Shown piece after piece: positions 11,171-23,690 of a stretch of DNA of 64,000 nucleotides; within the stretch, counting starts at the first letter, position 1, and every line of letters begins with the position of its first letter. The DNA lies in assembly GCF_022539665.2 (NCBI RefSeq), contig NC_081333.1, positions 3,224,001-3,288,000 of the forward strand. The letters run 5' to 3'. Origin of the DNA: Daphnia carinata (lineage: Eukaryota). The notes under the pieces are model-generated. The model saw only the letters and a program-made list of their open reading frames with translations, did no database searches and was not told where the DNA came from. The position numbers were made by a program, and so were the translations under genes.

Positions 11171-11439
11171 TTTTCAATTGTTCCTCCAGCCACGCGTTAT
11201 TCTCCATCCACGTTCCTGAACTAACTGCGAATGGCATCCAATGGACTGAAATTGCCTACGCCAGTAATAACGAGTCTGAGCGGTAGATGGCTGCGTGTCG
11301 GAAAAAAAGAAAAAAGTGTGATTTTTTTTTTTTTTTGGCGAAATTTTTTTTTTTTTTTGTGTAAAACGGATTGCCATATTTCGTCATCTACCGGTCACGT
11401 TAATTCTCTAAATACACAAAAAAAATTTTAAGCCCAACT

Positions 11440-12210
11440 AAATAAGCCCGACTTTACTCGGTCGGGTTTAAAAAAATTTTCTGCAAAAATTGAAGCTAAT
11501 CAGAATTGGTTGAATATCACAGGATATACTCAAAATTGAATGCTGATTCCGGGGAAATTGCTACTTTTTTCACTGAGTTAATCGTTTTTGAAGTAAACCG
11601 AATATTTGACGCAGTGCTAGCGCGCCAGTACGCTACAGCGCTAGCGCGATGCAGCAAAATATTAGTTGAGTGTATGTAGAGAACTAACTATATATCTGGC
11701 CGGTAGATGGCGATAGCAGTGGGTTGAAAATAAGCCCGACAAAAAAAATTAGCCCGAACTGTTAGCGCAACATGTGTATTTTACATTTATTTCAAAAACC
11801 GTAAAGCAAATGCAAAAATAAACTTGATTTTCATGATTTCCATTCAATTACGAATCGAAATGATGTATTTTACGTGAAATTTAAATTTGGGCCAAAGATG
11901 AAAAAGTGGGAAGGCTATATAGCCTTCTCACTTTTGTCAAAATCGGCCAAAAACGAAATCTCACGGAATTGGATGAAAATCGTACCGTATAATCAAAATT
12001 TAACGATGATTTCGATTCTGTGATTGGTTTTGTCGCTAAGCCATCCGTTTTTGAAATAAATTTAGAAAAGAAAAATAAACTTGGTTTTCTTGATTTTTGA
12101 ATAGAAATCATTTTAAAATAAATGATTTTCACTTAAAATAGTGAAGTTTAAATTTTTCCAACATTGAAAAGTGGGAAGAGTATAGGCTTCCCCAACGAAA
12201 CGAAATTTCG
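11440..12210. repeat. Second repeat family (AAGCCCGAC hairpin plus GCAAAAATAAACTTGATTTT / GAAAAAGTGG modules)
   Basis: 11812-11910 aligns by eye with 63856-63952; both loci also carry an aagcccgac...gtcgggytt hairpin (11441, 63712). Confidence 0.7.
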
Positions 12211-12283
12211 GAAAGTACACTGATAGAAAGTGCTATGTCTATGTCATATGGCATTGCCCTATTTGAATTTCGTTATCATTTAA

Positions 12284-12578
12284 TTCTATTGGGATCGAAC
12301 CCTAGTCTTAGAGCACCTCACGCCGGTGCTCAAGACTCTGCCTCGATGTCCTCTGGAGACAACATAAGGACACTTGTAACAATAACGAAAAATAATAATT
12401 TCGAAGTTTTTCAAGTTCAATGATGAAATATTATTTCGTAAAACACACCGTTGGTGACTATCAGCGTTTTAGTTACACATCATAATGTTTAGTACAGTGT
12501 TTCAGTTTAACTGTACCAGGACTCGAACGATAAATCTTCGCTGTGCCTTACTGATGCTCAACTCTTGAGCCACTACTT
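12284..12578 (-). other. Two further degenerate tRNA-like units (about 12284-12350 and 12511-12578)
   Basis: rc ...GAGCACCGGCGTGAGGTGC...AGGGTTCGATCCC and TGGCTCAAGAGTTGAGCATCAG...GTTCGAGTCCTG (A- and B-box-like). Confidence 0.45.
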
Positions 12579-13027
12579 GCATCTACACGTAATTGCATCT
12601 CTGGCACTAGCGTAAACGTTCTGTATAAACAAAAATAATACATCCGACTTCCCGGGTTTTTTTTTATTATTTTTTTTTTTTTTTTTCAAAAACCTAGACA
12701 GTTAGTTCTACCGGTAGAGATCTTAATCTTTAGACAATTGAAAGCACTTCGATGGATAAAATTTTACGTAAGAGAATTGGACAAACCAGTTGTCAAACTC
12801 TGAAAACACATGATTGTCTTGCATACTGACAGACCTAGCGGACAATGCGACTAAAATTTATTGTGTGAGGCAATACTAAATGATTACCATACCAAGTTCG
12901 ATGGTCTTTAAACCGTAAAACTATGGGCTGAGACAATTACGTTAATACGCCTCAGTGTTCTTCAGCGTTTGGGTGGATCAACACTCGCTTCATTCCGGAA
13001 AGTCTAATTTTTTTACCGGTGACCGTT

Positions 13028-16000
13028 CTAAATTATTGTAATTTCTTCTTCAGTGGGTGGAAGGGCGTGAGCCTGCGAGCTGGAGGAACAACTAAAATCC
13101 ACGTAATTTTCATGATGGGCTTCGAAGTCCTCCAGGGAGCAACGGAGCTCACGGAATGTAGGGCGGTCGTCGGGATTTGCGCTCCAACATTTCAGCATGA
13201 CTTGATAACTATAATAATTTTTTAAAATAATGTTAATGCCACTTAATACGAAAAGACTTGCAGTCTTAAAAAATAGGTTACAGTTTTTCGGAGACATTAT
13301 CTGGCCTAATTAACCGATTGCCAGACAGCAGGTACGTCATCAGTTGAGCGTCGGAAATATTGGCGTAAGGGAATCCACCTATAAAAGAAAGCTTTAATTC
13401 GATTTTTATATTCAAGAATATTGAACCAAATAAAAAAGGATGAGAAACCTAGCGTGCAAATTTCCCATAGTACCACGCCGAAGGCCCAGACGTCGCTCAA
13501 CGAGGAATACAAATTATCCGTCATGGATTCAAGGGCTAGCCAGCGAAGTGGAAGCATTCTTTTCCGTGTGTTCACGTATACGCCATGGCGTGATAGTCCA
13601 AAATCAGAGATTTTCAGCACACGGCCTTCGCTAACCAACAAATTACGAGCAGCTAGATCTCTACACGAAGGGTTTTAAATTAGTACCGCGTTTTTAACGG
13701 ATTCGAATCATCGCTTACCGATGCGTGATTCCTTTCAATTCCAAATGTTCCATGCCCCGTGCAATTTGCCGAGCGAAATCGTGTAATTCCTCAGTGTCTA
13801 TGGTTCGGCTCGTTGGGAACGCTTTCAGCAAACCCCGATAATAGTTTGGTATGACATAAGACGAAGACGAGTGCGACGATCTAAGCGTTCAATCGATAAC
13901 GCAATTAATTTATACCAGACGCTGCTATTTAAAATTGTTTGCGTACCCAGTTGATTGCGAGCTCATTGAAGCGAAAATGTGATTCAGATGATAAGATTTC
14001 GAACTGTCTGATGTGCTGTGCGTGGTCGATTTTCTCGGTAGCAAGGCCACTGATGAACTCGATCCTCCTATGCTGGCAGATACGGTATCTGGATGATGTT
14101 GGACTTTACTGTCAACCGACCACACTGTACAACATTTTCAAAAACATTCAAAACAAGCAATTTAATTAAAGCCTTATTGTAACCTTTGGATTGGTGGTAA
14201 ACAGCTCGCAACGTCCTAAGGTAATGGAGTAGGTCGCCATAGGGAACGTACTCTAGGATCATCGAATATGGTTGATTTAGAGTAACGCAGGCTAGCATAA
14301 CGACAATGTTTTCATGACGACCGACACGTTTCATCATAGCGATCTCAGCCAGAAAATCGTCTCTTTCATCCAAACCAACTTTCTCTGGAATAAGGAAGCA
14401 AGAACAAATGTAAAACGACATTGGCAAAGTTTTGATGTCAACAATAAGCTTACTTTTCATTTGCTTGACGGCAACAAGAGTCGGGCCAGGAAGGCCGGGT
14501 AGGTTTTCGACTGTTGCCAGGTGAACGCGACCAAACGCCCCCTTTCCGATTTCTACCCCCAGCTTCACTTGGCTAGGATCAATTTCATAGTCATCCACGA
14601 CTTTGTTATTTCCAAGTAAATGATGACGGGGTTCCTACATTTAAAAAAAATATCCATTAGACCGCTAGAATAATCGATCACGTTACAACAAAGTTTGGCA
14701 ACTCATAATTTTTTTTTTGTTTTCTTCTTTTCCTATAACACAAAGGAGCCTTAAGCTGGTTGAACTTACTTCAGAGTCTCTATCCGCGTGCAGGACGTTC
14801 ATCAAACGTTGGCAGGTACCACTGGAGCCATTAGTTAGCAAAGTCGTGCGTCGGCTGTCCCTATACGAAATCGATCATAATGACAGTTTCATCATTATGG
14901 AGTTTAGAAACTTTTGTTAACCCTTGGATTATACACGGCTCCTTTACCAACAGCCAAAGACGCCTATAGTACGGAAAAATTGTACTACCAATAATGAAGT
15001 TATAAATGATATCCACCTTCCCCCAAAAAACTAAGTTTGAAGTTCAAAATGGACGTGTAATCAATACGCTGTTTACACAAGAAACTACTTCCAACCATTA
15101 TTCAACTGGTTTTCAGTCATCTAAGGTCTTTATGGTGCACTACTTTGTAATAACAAAGTTCAGACTATGCTTTACAAACCGACTCCCACTCCCTGGCAAA
15201 CAGAAAGTTCGTATTCTTGTTTGAAAAATTAAACCGCCTGGGAAGATTAGAGAGGTGCTAATAAAGAATGCGCCTGTGGAATGTTTAAAGTGAATGCGCG
15301 AATCCCTACCCAGTGAGTGAAACGACGGGGAACAATCAGAAGAAAATTGAAAATTTAAACCTGTGGAAATTTTGCGGAGAGCGTGAATAACGCGCCGGGG
15401 TGTGATTGCCTGTTGCAGCAGTCGCCGCCATGAGATGTAATCGTCGAAGAAAGCGTCTCCAACTGAGTGCAATAACCAGAGCCATGACGGCCAAGAAAAT
15501 AACGCCAAAGACGACTGCGCTCACCATCGTTTCCTTAAAAAAAAAAAAAAGAGAAACAAAAACAAAGGTATACCATTAGGCGGGACAATTACAAGAATGC
15601 CGTGCCTTTGACAGACATGCGCCATTAACCAGCAAAGGTCATATGGAAAAGGGTAACGTTGGTGGATATTCAATTTTTAATGGAAAGGCGGAATAAAAAA
15701 ATTACTACAAAGCTGAAAGCCGAATACAAAAAATCGTGCCTGACGAACGTTTCGTTTCGCGGTACATGTAATGGATTTACCTTGTGCAAGCTAGGATCTT
15801 TTTCTAACTTCACATCTCCTGAAAAAAAAAATGCATATTGAATTATTTATTGCGAGATTTCACAATTGCGCATTTGGATATATACTGTTCAGGTAAACTT
15901 CTGCAATCTGGCCCTCGCAGTGATGCGAGTCGTAGGCGAGGATCCGGATACGATAATTGGAATGAAACTCTAAATGATGAATCGGCTGCTGGAAAAAGTT

Positions 16001-17418
16001 GAGACCGGGTACAACGTTGTGTCTGTATTCCCTGACTTTGCGGAAAACAGGTCCGAGGCCAAGGACATTTTCCGCTCGTTCCACCCGTACAACCACAGTG
16101 GTATCAGTGGCCTCCTCCAATGGACCACGATACGACCATGAAACAAGATAGCTGCGTTCGTCATGGAGCCCGGAAGCCACGGTGATCTCGTGTGTGGCCA
16201 ATTCTTCCGGTTTCGGCAAACGCGGGCGTGAACCGCACCGACAAACTCCTTCCACGCAATCTAATTTTGGAAACGTTGGTTTTTATTAACATGGAAAAAG
16301 CATTTGCTCAATATATGAGCGGATGCCAACCTGGAACGGTAATGTTAACGAAAAGTGGGCGATCAGGGGAAATTATGGGTGACGCTTGGACACTGACGGC
16401 GTAAGAGCATCCAAACTGGACCAGATGATCTCCTTTCTTCGTCCCACTTCCAATTTCGATGGATGGTGTTTCCTTTATTTTCATCCAACCAAAACAATAA
16501 AAACAAAAAGACCTGTGAGAAAGTAATAACCTTTTAGGAAAAATGAGTTCGGAACTTACGCTGTACTCTACGTGATGAAAGAAATCCGTAAAGTGTTCGG
16601 TACAAGACGACGTGTCACCCATCGAACGAGTAGATGGAATCAATGGCCTTACCTCCACATTGTATCCCTCGGGTGGTTCTCCTTTTTACGCCATAGTCAG
16701 TACAGTAATTGACAAAACTTCAACTTTAACTTCGTACTTTAGCAATCACGTTGACACAACACAGCACACCACGAAGAAAAAGAAAAGGAATTTCTTCCAT
16801 CCAGAAAGGTAATTACCCGCTGTCGGATGTAGCCATCGAATCACTAATTTGAGACGTTTGTTTGCCACGGGATCTGGCGGAAGAGATGACAATTCAGATT
16901 GATCTCTCGCGGATAACGCAACTGAAACCGTCAGATTCAACCCACCGTCGGCGGTACCTAGGCGATATTTTGAAAACGTACGTAAGGAGAAAGTTCAAGA
17001 GAGATGGACTATGATAAGACATGCAAAAATGCCTGGGGAAGAAGAGCTGTTGAACTCCTGGAATTCGATTTGGTCCTTTCCCTATGGATAAACAAAATTG
17101 TCAAACTAATCGAATAGTAACCAAATTGAAAGTCAACAGGTCGGAGAATTTTTCGAGCTCATCTCCATGTCTCATCGCGCATCAATATCAAACGATGAGC
17201 CGTTATATTAAATCAAATAATGAATGAGCCCGCTTGATTTTTTCGCGTCGTTTCTTACAACGACAAACAAACGATCATTGAGTTCAAATCGAGACGTTAA
17301 AAAAACTTACATTGGATGAAAGATCTGGCACAATAGTCGCCGCTGAAACTGGTAACGAGTTGAGACAACCGGTAACGACGAGGATAAATAGCAGGAAGTG
17401 CCATTTCCCTAAATCCAT
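13028..17418 (-). CDS. Receptor tyrosine kinase (signal peptide, FN3-like ectodomain, TM, split kinase), multi-exon; Torso/Ret/FGFR-like group, orthology not established
   Basis: N-terminus [56 protein letters not shown]; kinase motifs [21 protein letters not shown] (split by an intron), [41 protein letters not shown]. Confidence 0.9.
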
Positions 17419-19062
17419 TTCGTCGTTAGTCACGAAACTCTTGGCGGAAAAACTTGTGAAGGAACGTGCTAGAGAGTAGGACTTACTAACATAGAAATTC
17501 TGCTCAATGGGGACTTTATTGCAGGTCGGTAAGTCTCGAAAACTTGTAGACTCTGACTTGCGCAGATGATCCGCTACGGAGGCGAAGGCTGGAAGAGAAA
17601 TATGAGTTCTGTAAACATGAGCAAATGGAATATCGGGATGGTTAAAGCAAAAAATGAGTAACTGATATTATGGCAAAATAATATTCGTTCTTTACGTAAA
17701 GAAAAATCGATATGATCTCGCGACTGAAAAGCGGAAATTTTTCTAGGGCAGCTAAACAGTAGAAAGAAAAATAAAAGCGGTTGTTATCTTACTATTTTCC
17801 TGGTCTCCACGTGTGGTAAACCTATCACAAAGCGAGTGAAAAACAGCCAGTGTATGAAAAATAAAAAGACAGTCAATGGGATTTTCCTCCGCTGGACCGG
17901 ATATGCCGACCGATAAAAATTCTGTCGCAGTAGTAAGGTTATCGATCGCCTTTTGTCTTTGTTTCTAAAATGCATGGTCCACTTGGCGTCAGCATCCGGA
18001 AATATTATTATTCACAGTGGCATTTTCGTTTAAAAAAAAAAAACTAACGTACGGGACATCTAAATAACTTACTTTAAAATTCCAAACTTTATAAGACTTC
18101 CATTGATGTCGTAAGTTAAATAACTTATCTTCAACGCGGCAGTGGACGCACACGGTAAACTCAATCTAAGATAGGGCCAATAAAAAAAGTATTAAAAAAT
18201 AAAAATGGACTTGCACAACTTTCCCATTAATCTTGTCATTCACTTCCTCCTAAGCTTTCAACTGATGGAAGCGGCCGTTGAGTATGCAATCGTATGGGTG
18301 GCAGTTGACCGTCATCCATTTCATCGTTGTTGACAAAGAGTCCGCTGTTTTGGAATCACGCCATGTGCTTCCCATTTTAGATCCAGCACTCCAATCAATT
18401 AGTTGCGGGCACGTTTTAACTTTGCCATCTGACACGTTAGTGCAAAAGCTCTTCAGATAGCACTGCCGTTGCCATGGAACTATTTTTTCAAAAGCAAAAA
18501 TAGCGGTTTGCGGCGGGTGTGCAGTAGACAAATCACGCAAGTCGACTGTCACTTCTTTTTTCTTTCGCGAAAAAAGCCTTCATCCTTCGTTTTTTTCAAG
18601 CTGGAACTTCCTTTTTACCGATTCTGAATGGTTGAACATTTAAATTTGGCCTGCAACCAACAAGTGTGTGCGTTTTCTTTTCGACGTTCAATTAACTGGA
18701 TTAGGGAGAACTCATTCTGCACATTCGTACCAAAAGGCCTCACCTTTGCCGATTACTTTTTTCTTAAAAAGAAAAACATTTATTCATCGCATTGATTCAT
18801 GTCTTTCAAAATAAACGTCAGATGCTGCTGTAAAGTCAGGCAACTCGTTTTTGTTGTTCTACAATAAATGGAAGAACAAATTGTTACGGTTAAGGAGAAG
18901 AAACAACGTGGGATGGACGGAAATTCGTTGCAATGGTGAAAAGTTAAGACGTGTGGGTTCCAAAAGGAGGAATGAGAAAAGGCAATGCTAGTCACAACTG
19001 TTGGTAGTCTCCAACATAACTTTTAAAAAGGGATTCTAAAGAAAACGTAAAAATTGCACCGT

Positions 19063-20739
19063 TTATAGCCGATGAGATGTCATGGCTGTGGCAGTCAACA
19101 GTAAGAGTGCCGACATCGGGATGAGCTTAGTTGGAGTTAATCCGGTTGAGCTGTTGCATCCGTCACCCGTGCACGTATAAACGCATGAGCGGTACTCGCG
19201 TTGGTCGCCTGGCCTCCGGACATAAGTGCAGTAGTTGTCCAGGAAACGTTCAGAGCAGAAACGTTTCGCTCCAAGATTACCTTTAGCACAATTACATGAA
19301 TTAGTATCTCTGAACAATGAATGAAAACAACGGGAAGAAAGGGAACGAGCAAGTACTAACACCATCACACAGCCAGAGCGCATTACAAACTGCCCTTTCA
19401 CACAAAGCAAAAAGCATTCCAGAACAACGCAAAATGATAAACACATTCATGCCATTGTAGCTCATAAGCATTACATGTTTACAAATGTTATTTCTTGTAT
19501 CGCACACATCAACCACTCCAACAAACACACAATTTTTTTGGCAAGCAGCTTTTCAGTCAACAACATGAAATACCAGAAAAGATTCCAGTCGTTTTGATGC
19601 AATATTGCGCATCTGAAAGTGGACATTCCGTCACACTGACATCAGTGAATTTCGGGTCAAAAAACTCTCCGCAGGTGTATTCGTCTTCTGACGAACACTG
19701 GTAGCACCTGAGAGACTCGGCTACAATGGAAAGATCAATTAACGTGGTTAATGTGATGATCATATTCAGCATTTTCTGCGACACGTAGATTTGTTTAGGG
19801 CAACTGGCTGGGTGCGAATCTTGTTGTTCCCTTACCTCAACATTTACTACAAAATACCTCCAAAAATGCCAGTCATCTTGACACAATATCTGGGTTCTGA
19901 TAGTGTGTTACATGGCAAAGATCGTAGGAGATCTCTATTGGTCAGCTCTTCACTGCAGCGGATGTCTTCAGATGAGTCACACTGATAGCATGACAAGCTA
20001 CTAACTAAATGTCAATGCATCGCAAAACTGTTAGTTTTGGTTACACGAGAAAAAGCCCACAGTCCAGGTGCAGTGACAGAAATGAGCAGGTTGATTTTGT
20101 AAAGTGAAATTTCTAGCCATATGAAAAGACTCTGATCAACAAGATTCGCAATACCACATGTACATGAACAAAACAAGTATCAAATTAATAGTTTGAATTT
20201 AATGGAGAACTAGGCAATAATAGAGAAAAAGGATTTTTTCCAGTAACTACAGCACAAACAGATAAATAAAAAAACTTGTGCTGAAATATGTTTTGGACTG
20301 AATTCACAAAGCCAAAAAGTAAAACTCCAGTTTGATTTTTGGCCAGCAAACAGAGAAGGGAAATATAATACAATCAGGAAAGACATTTTGAGAATGTTTT
20401 TCCCCATTGTAGTGCTCTATCAAACCTTATTTTGACTATTGATTTTAAGTTGCCATAAAGTGTTTTTCACACATGTGCCTTTTTCATTGTTATTTGAGAT
20501 TAAATACATGAAATCCTTCTGTTTTATGTGAAAAAACAGAAGAAAAACAATATTTATGCAATTTTTTGTAAGGCAAAGCAAAAACAGTGAAGAGACATTG
20601 TGTAAAAGCACTTTCAATCAATATAAATATGAAACACCCCAAAAAGAATTTCATGTTGATATTTTACTTTACCTAACGAAAAGAGACTCAGTTGTAGAAC
20701 TATCGCAAACATGTACCCAGTTGAGGTAGCTAGTTTCAT
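19063..20739 (-). CDS. bou: Ly6/three-finger GPI-anchored protein, boudin-like
   Basis: Exon 20739-20673 signal peptide MKLATSTGYMFAIVLQLSLFSL; two alternative 147-nt exons 20004-19858 and 19720-19574 (CYQC...C...C...YC.K.TGIF); last exon 19280-19063 GNLGAKRFCSERFLDNYCTYVRRPGDQREYRSCVYTCTGDGCN plus hydrophobic tail, resembling Drosophila Boudin as recalled from memory. Confidence 0.8.
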
Positions 20740-21104
20740 TTTCAGAGATGTATGGTTGTCGAAGGAACAAGAAAATAATTCCTGCAAGTAGGAATTTAGA
20801 AATTAAAATTATGCGAACCACTTGGTCTAATTCGTTACAGCCAACGCCCCAATACGTAACGTACCACTAAAAATTTATCTAAAACCAATGAACTTACACA
20901 ACACTCTACTGACAGTGGTGAGGAAGGAAGTGATAAGTTTCACTGAAATACTAAGATATTCATATTTCAAAACAACAGAAACAAAACTGCTATCCCAAAA
21001 TCTTTCCTGGTTTCACTAACTGTCGCACACAAACGCCTCAGAGGTATGAAAGTTGCCGTTTCCATAGCAACTTGAGGCCAAAGGAGTTTAAGGCGCCTAA
21101 TCCT

Positions 21105-21196
21105 CGCCATCTGGTGGTAAATGGAACAGCTTCTACACGCCATCTAACGGTAAATTGTGTTTTGAAATCAGATGCAGCGTTTTCGCCATCTATTGG
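21105..21196. promoter_or_regulatory. Cluster of three CTCF-like motifs
   Basis: CGCCATCTGGTGG (21105), CGCCATCTAACGG (21138), CGCCATCTATTGG (21184), all in the same orientation; resemble the CTCF consensus CCACYAGATGGCG (rc). Confidence 0.5.
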
Positions 21197-21586
21197 CAAG
21201 CAGCGTTCTCTAATAATATTTATGCGATTGGTTTCATCGACCTAGAAACGTTTAAGTCGTCCTTTTTTAGAATTAAAATAGAAAAATAAAGCACTAATAA
21301 AATTATTTTTATCGTATTATCGCCATGTATTGTTCAAAGTAAACGAGCGCCTCCACGGAGATAGTGTTAAGAATACGACACGTAAAGGGAACAGTTATGC
21401 CTCAGTTTGTTTCACATCTATGTGGAATGATTTGTGTTGTAGCTAAGGGAACCGGCAAAAGGTAGAGATTGCTAAGGGTAAAAGTAGGGAGAGCAACGGG
21501 AGGATCCAGATTGTAATTAACACATAATGCTGAAACTCAATAAGGGCAAAGAAAGACACGGCGCCGTTTCTTGCATAAATCTGCTT

Positions 21587-22572
21587 CTACAGCTGGCCGC
21601 AGTCGACGATCTTAACGGGCTTGACTGGTTTGCCACTAGAAGAGCCGCAAGCTTCAATCTGAAAATAAAAACGCCATCACTTCTAGTTGCAGCATTACTT
21701 TGAATTTCAAATTACCTGTCTAAGGAGATCCATGCCCTCAACAACTTGACCGAAAACAACATGTTTTCCATCTAGCCATGAGGTCTTGGCAGTGCAGAGG
21801 AAAAACTGACTGCCGTTGGTGTTGGGACCAGCATTGGCCATGGACAGGATACCTGAAACAATCAAAATGAAACTATACAACACAGCTAACTATACAGTTG
21901 AGCGGGAAGTTACCAGGTCCAGTGTGCTTCAGTTGGAAGTTCTCATCCTCAAACTTGTTGCCATAGATGGACTTGCCTCCAGTGCCATTGTGGTTGGTGA
22001 AATCACCACCTTGGCACATGAACTGGGGGATGATACGGTGGAAAGTTGATCCCTTGTATCTCATTCCACTCTTTTCACCCGTGCACAAGGCTCGGAAATT
22101 CTCGGCTGTGCGAGGAACCACATCAGCGCGGAGCTAAAGAAAGATAAGATTAAAATGCAGTGCACAAAATCAGTCTGAATTATTCACGATGCGGTCTAGT
22201 CTTAACAAAAAAATATATTACAAGTCATATCTATCATTATGGTACAGATTCTTAGTGTCATGCACGTGGCTCACAAGCCGCCATGTTGGACCACGCCAAA
22301 CGGGAGGGATTGCAAAACGCCGGCAAGTAAAAATATGAACTATTTTTAAACCGGTAGGAAAGGTTCCAAAAATAAGGTTAAAAAGTTCCAAGAGTTACCT
22401 CCATGACCAATCGGCCGGCATTTTGGTTGTTGATGGCAATATCGAAGAAAACCTTTGGGTTGGCCATGATTTTTTCGGTGTTTTTGGCGAACAAACGAGA
22501 GAAGGAGACTGTAACACGCGCTGTAGTCAAGTGAGGAGAGAGAAGCGACGAACGGCTTACGATAAATGCCAT
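21587..22572 (-). CDS. Cyp1: Peptidyl-prolyl cis-trans isomerase, cyclophilin A type; 4 coding exons; alternative starts at 22572 and 22467
   Basis: [10 protein letters not shown]..., [82 protein letters not shown], ending DCGQL*. Confidence 0.95.
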
Positions 22573-23690
22573 GGCGCCAGTGGACAATGATGGCAATATG
22601 TGGGTGCACTGCTTCAAGTTAAGGCATTGGTCTCCAGAAAAAAAGAACGAATTTAACGACGCCATCTATGAGTCGCTTTTGAAGCTTAAGAGCTAAGTCA
22701 ATATGACATTTTAAAAGATTTTCTTTTTCTTTCTGAAATCTTCTGAGCAACTCAAGAAATGCCTTACATTATGACGGCAGAATTACTCTTATCCAATACA
22801 TTGCATTTGTTTTCCTATTTAAAAAATGAAAACTAATTTGAATATTCAATCAGGCAAGGCGGCTCTAACCTGCTGTATATTTCCATAGCCAAAAGAAAAA
22901 ACAACGTTACTTTGACTAGTTTTTTAGGTGTGCATTGCCGCAAGGTCACGCAATGTACATATACGACCTTTGCTCGTGACATCGTATGTGCTACGCATGT
23001 ACACCATGTCGACGTTCCATGTCGTTATTCGATGCCCAACACCATATACGTCAAATGCACAATCGCAGCAACGAAAATACGGCGTTTACTGAAGTGGATA
23101 GTATTCCCTTCTGCCAACGTTAATCAAGTTAATATTTTGCAAATTAACTTTGTTTTCAAAGTCACGTTCGATTGTCATCACTCGGCCATTTCCAGTCATG
23201 CATCTGTTTGATTTACGTCCCTATTTCTCTTGCAAAAGCTGTCAAAACGAAACGACGATCGAAACGTGAAATATCTTTCGTGGCGCCCTCTTTGCAGTTT
23301 TCTAGCATGCAAGAAAGTTAGCGAACGGGTTAAATCCACGATGTTTTCCAATGCCAAACGCAAAATGTTCCGAACTGGTTCGTGTGCAAGGTTGTTCCTG
23401 TTCAAATGTTATCGACAATATCGTTCCACACCCTTCACAAGAAAATTAAATGAACCACCTTCAGCATCTGTGAATTGGGCGTTGTTTCTCCTTTCTTTTG
23501 TTCTATGCATTTGTTAATCCATATAAATACTCTTAAAAACTGACACCTAACTTAATTCCCTGGACGTTGTCAGAAAATTAAGAGCCCTCGCGGAATAAAC
23601 CCACGGTTCTCAGGTATCATGGAACGCTCTGTTCTTTCTCATCATAACTTGTAATTCATGTACTCATTCCTGACATTTGATTGAAACAGA

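Larger units (their letters stand above)
6383..11378. mobile_element. ~5 kb palindromic (foldback-like) element, copy 1
   Basis: Starts TATGGCAATCCGTTTTAC and ends GTAAAACGGATTGCCATA; mirrored identical ORFs (7377-7577/10183-10383; 7769-8002/9758-9991) place the symmetry centre at ~8880; second copy at 58.5-63.5 kb. Confidence 0.9.

Noticed and set aside
6383..11378. Palindrome as a long-read foldback artefact
   Set aside because: The arms differ by many substitutions and indels, a second copy has the same termini, and copy 2 has a TSD. Not fully excluded without raw reads
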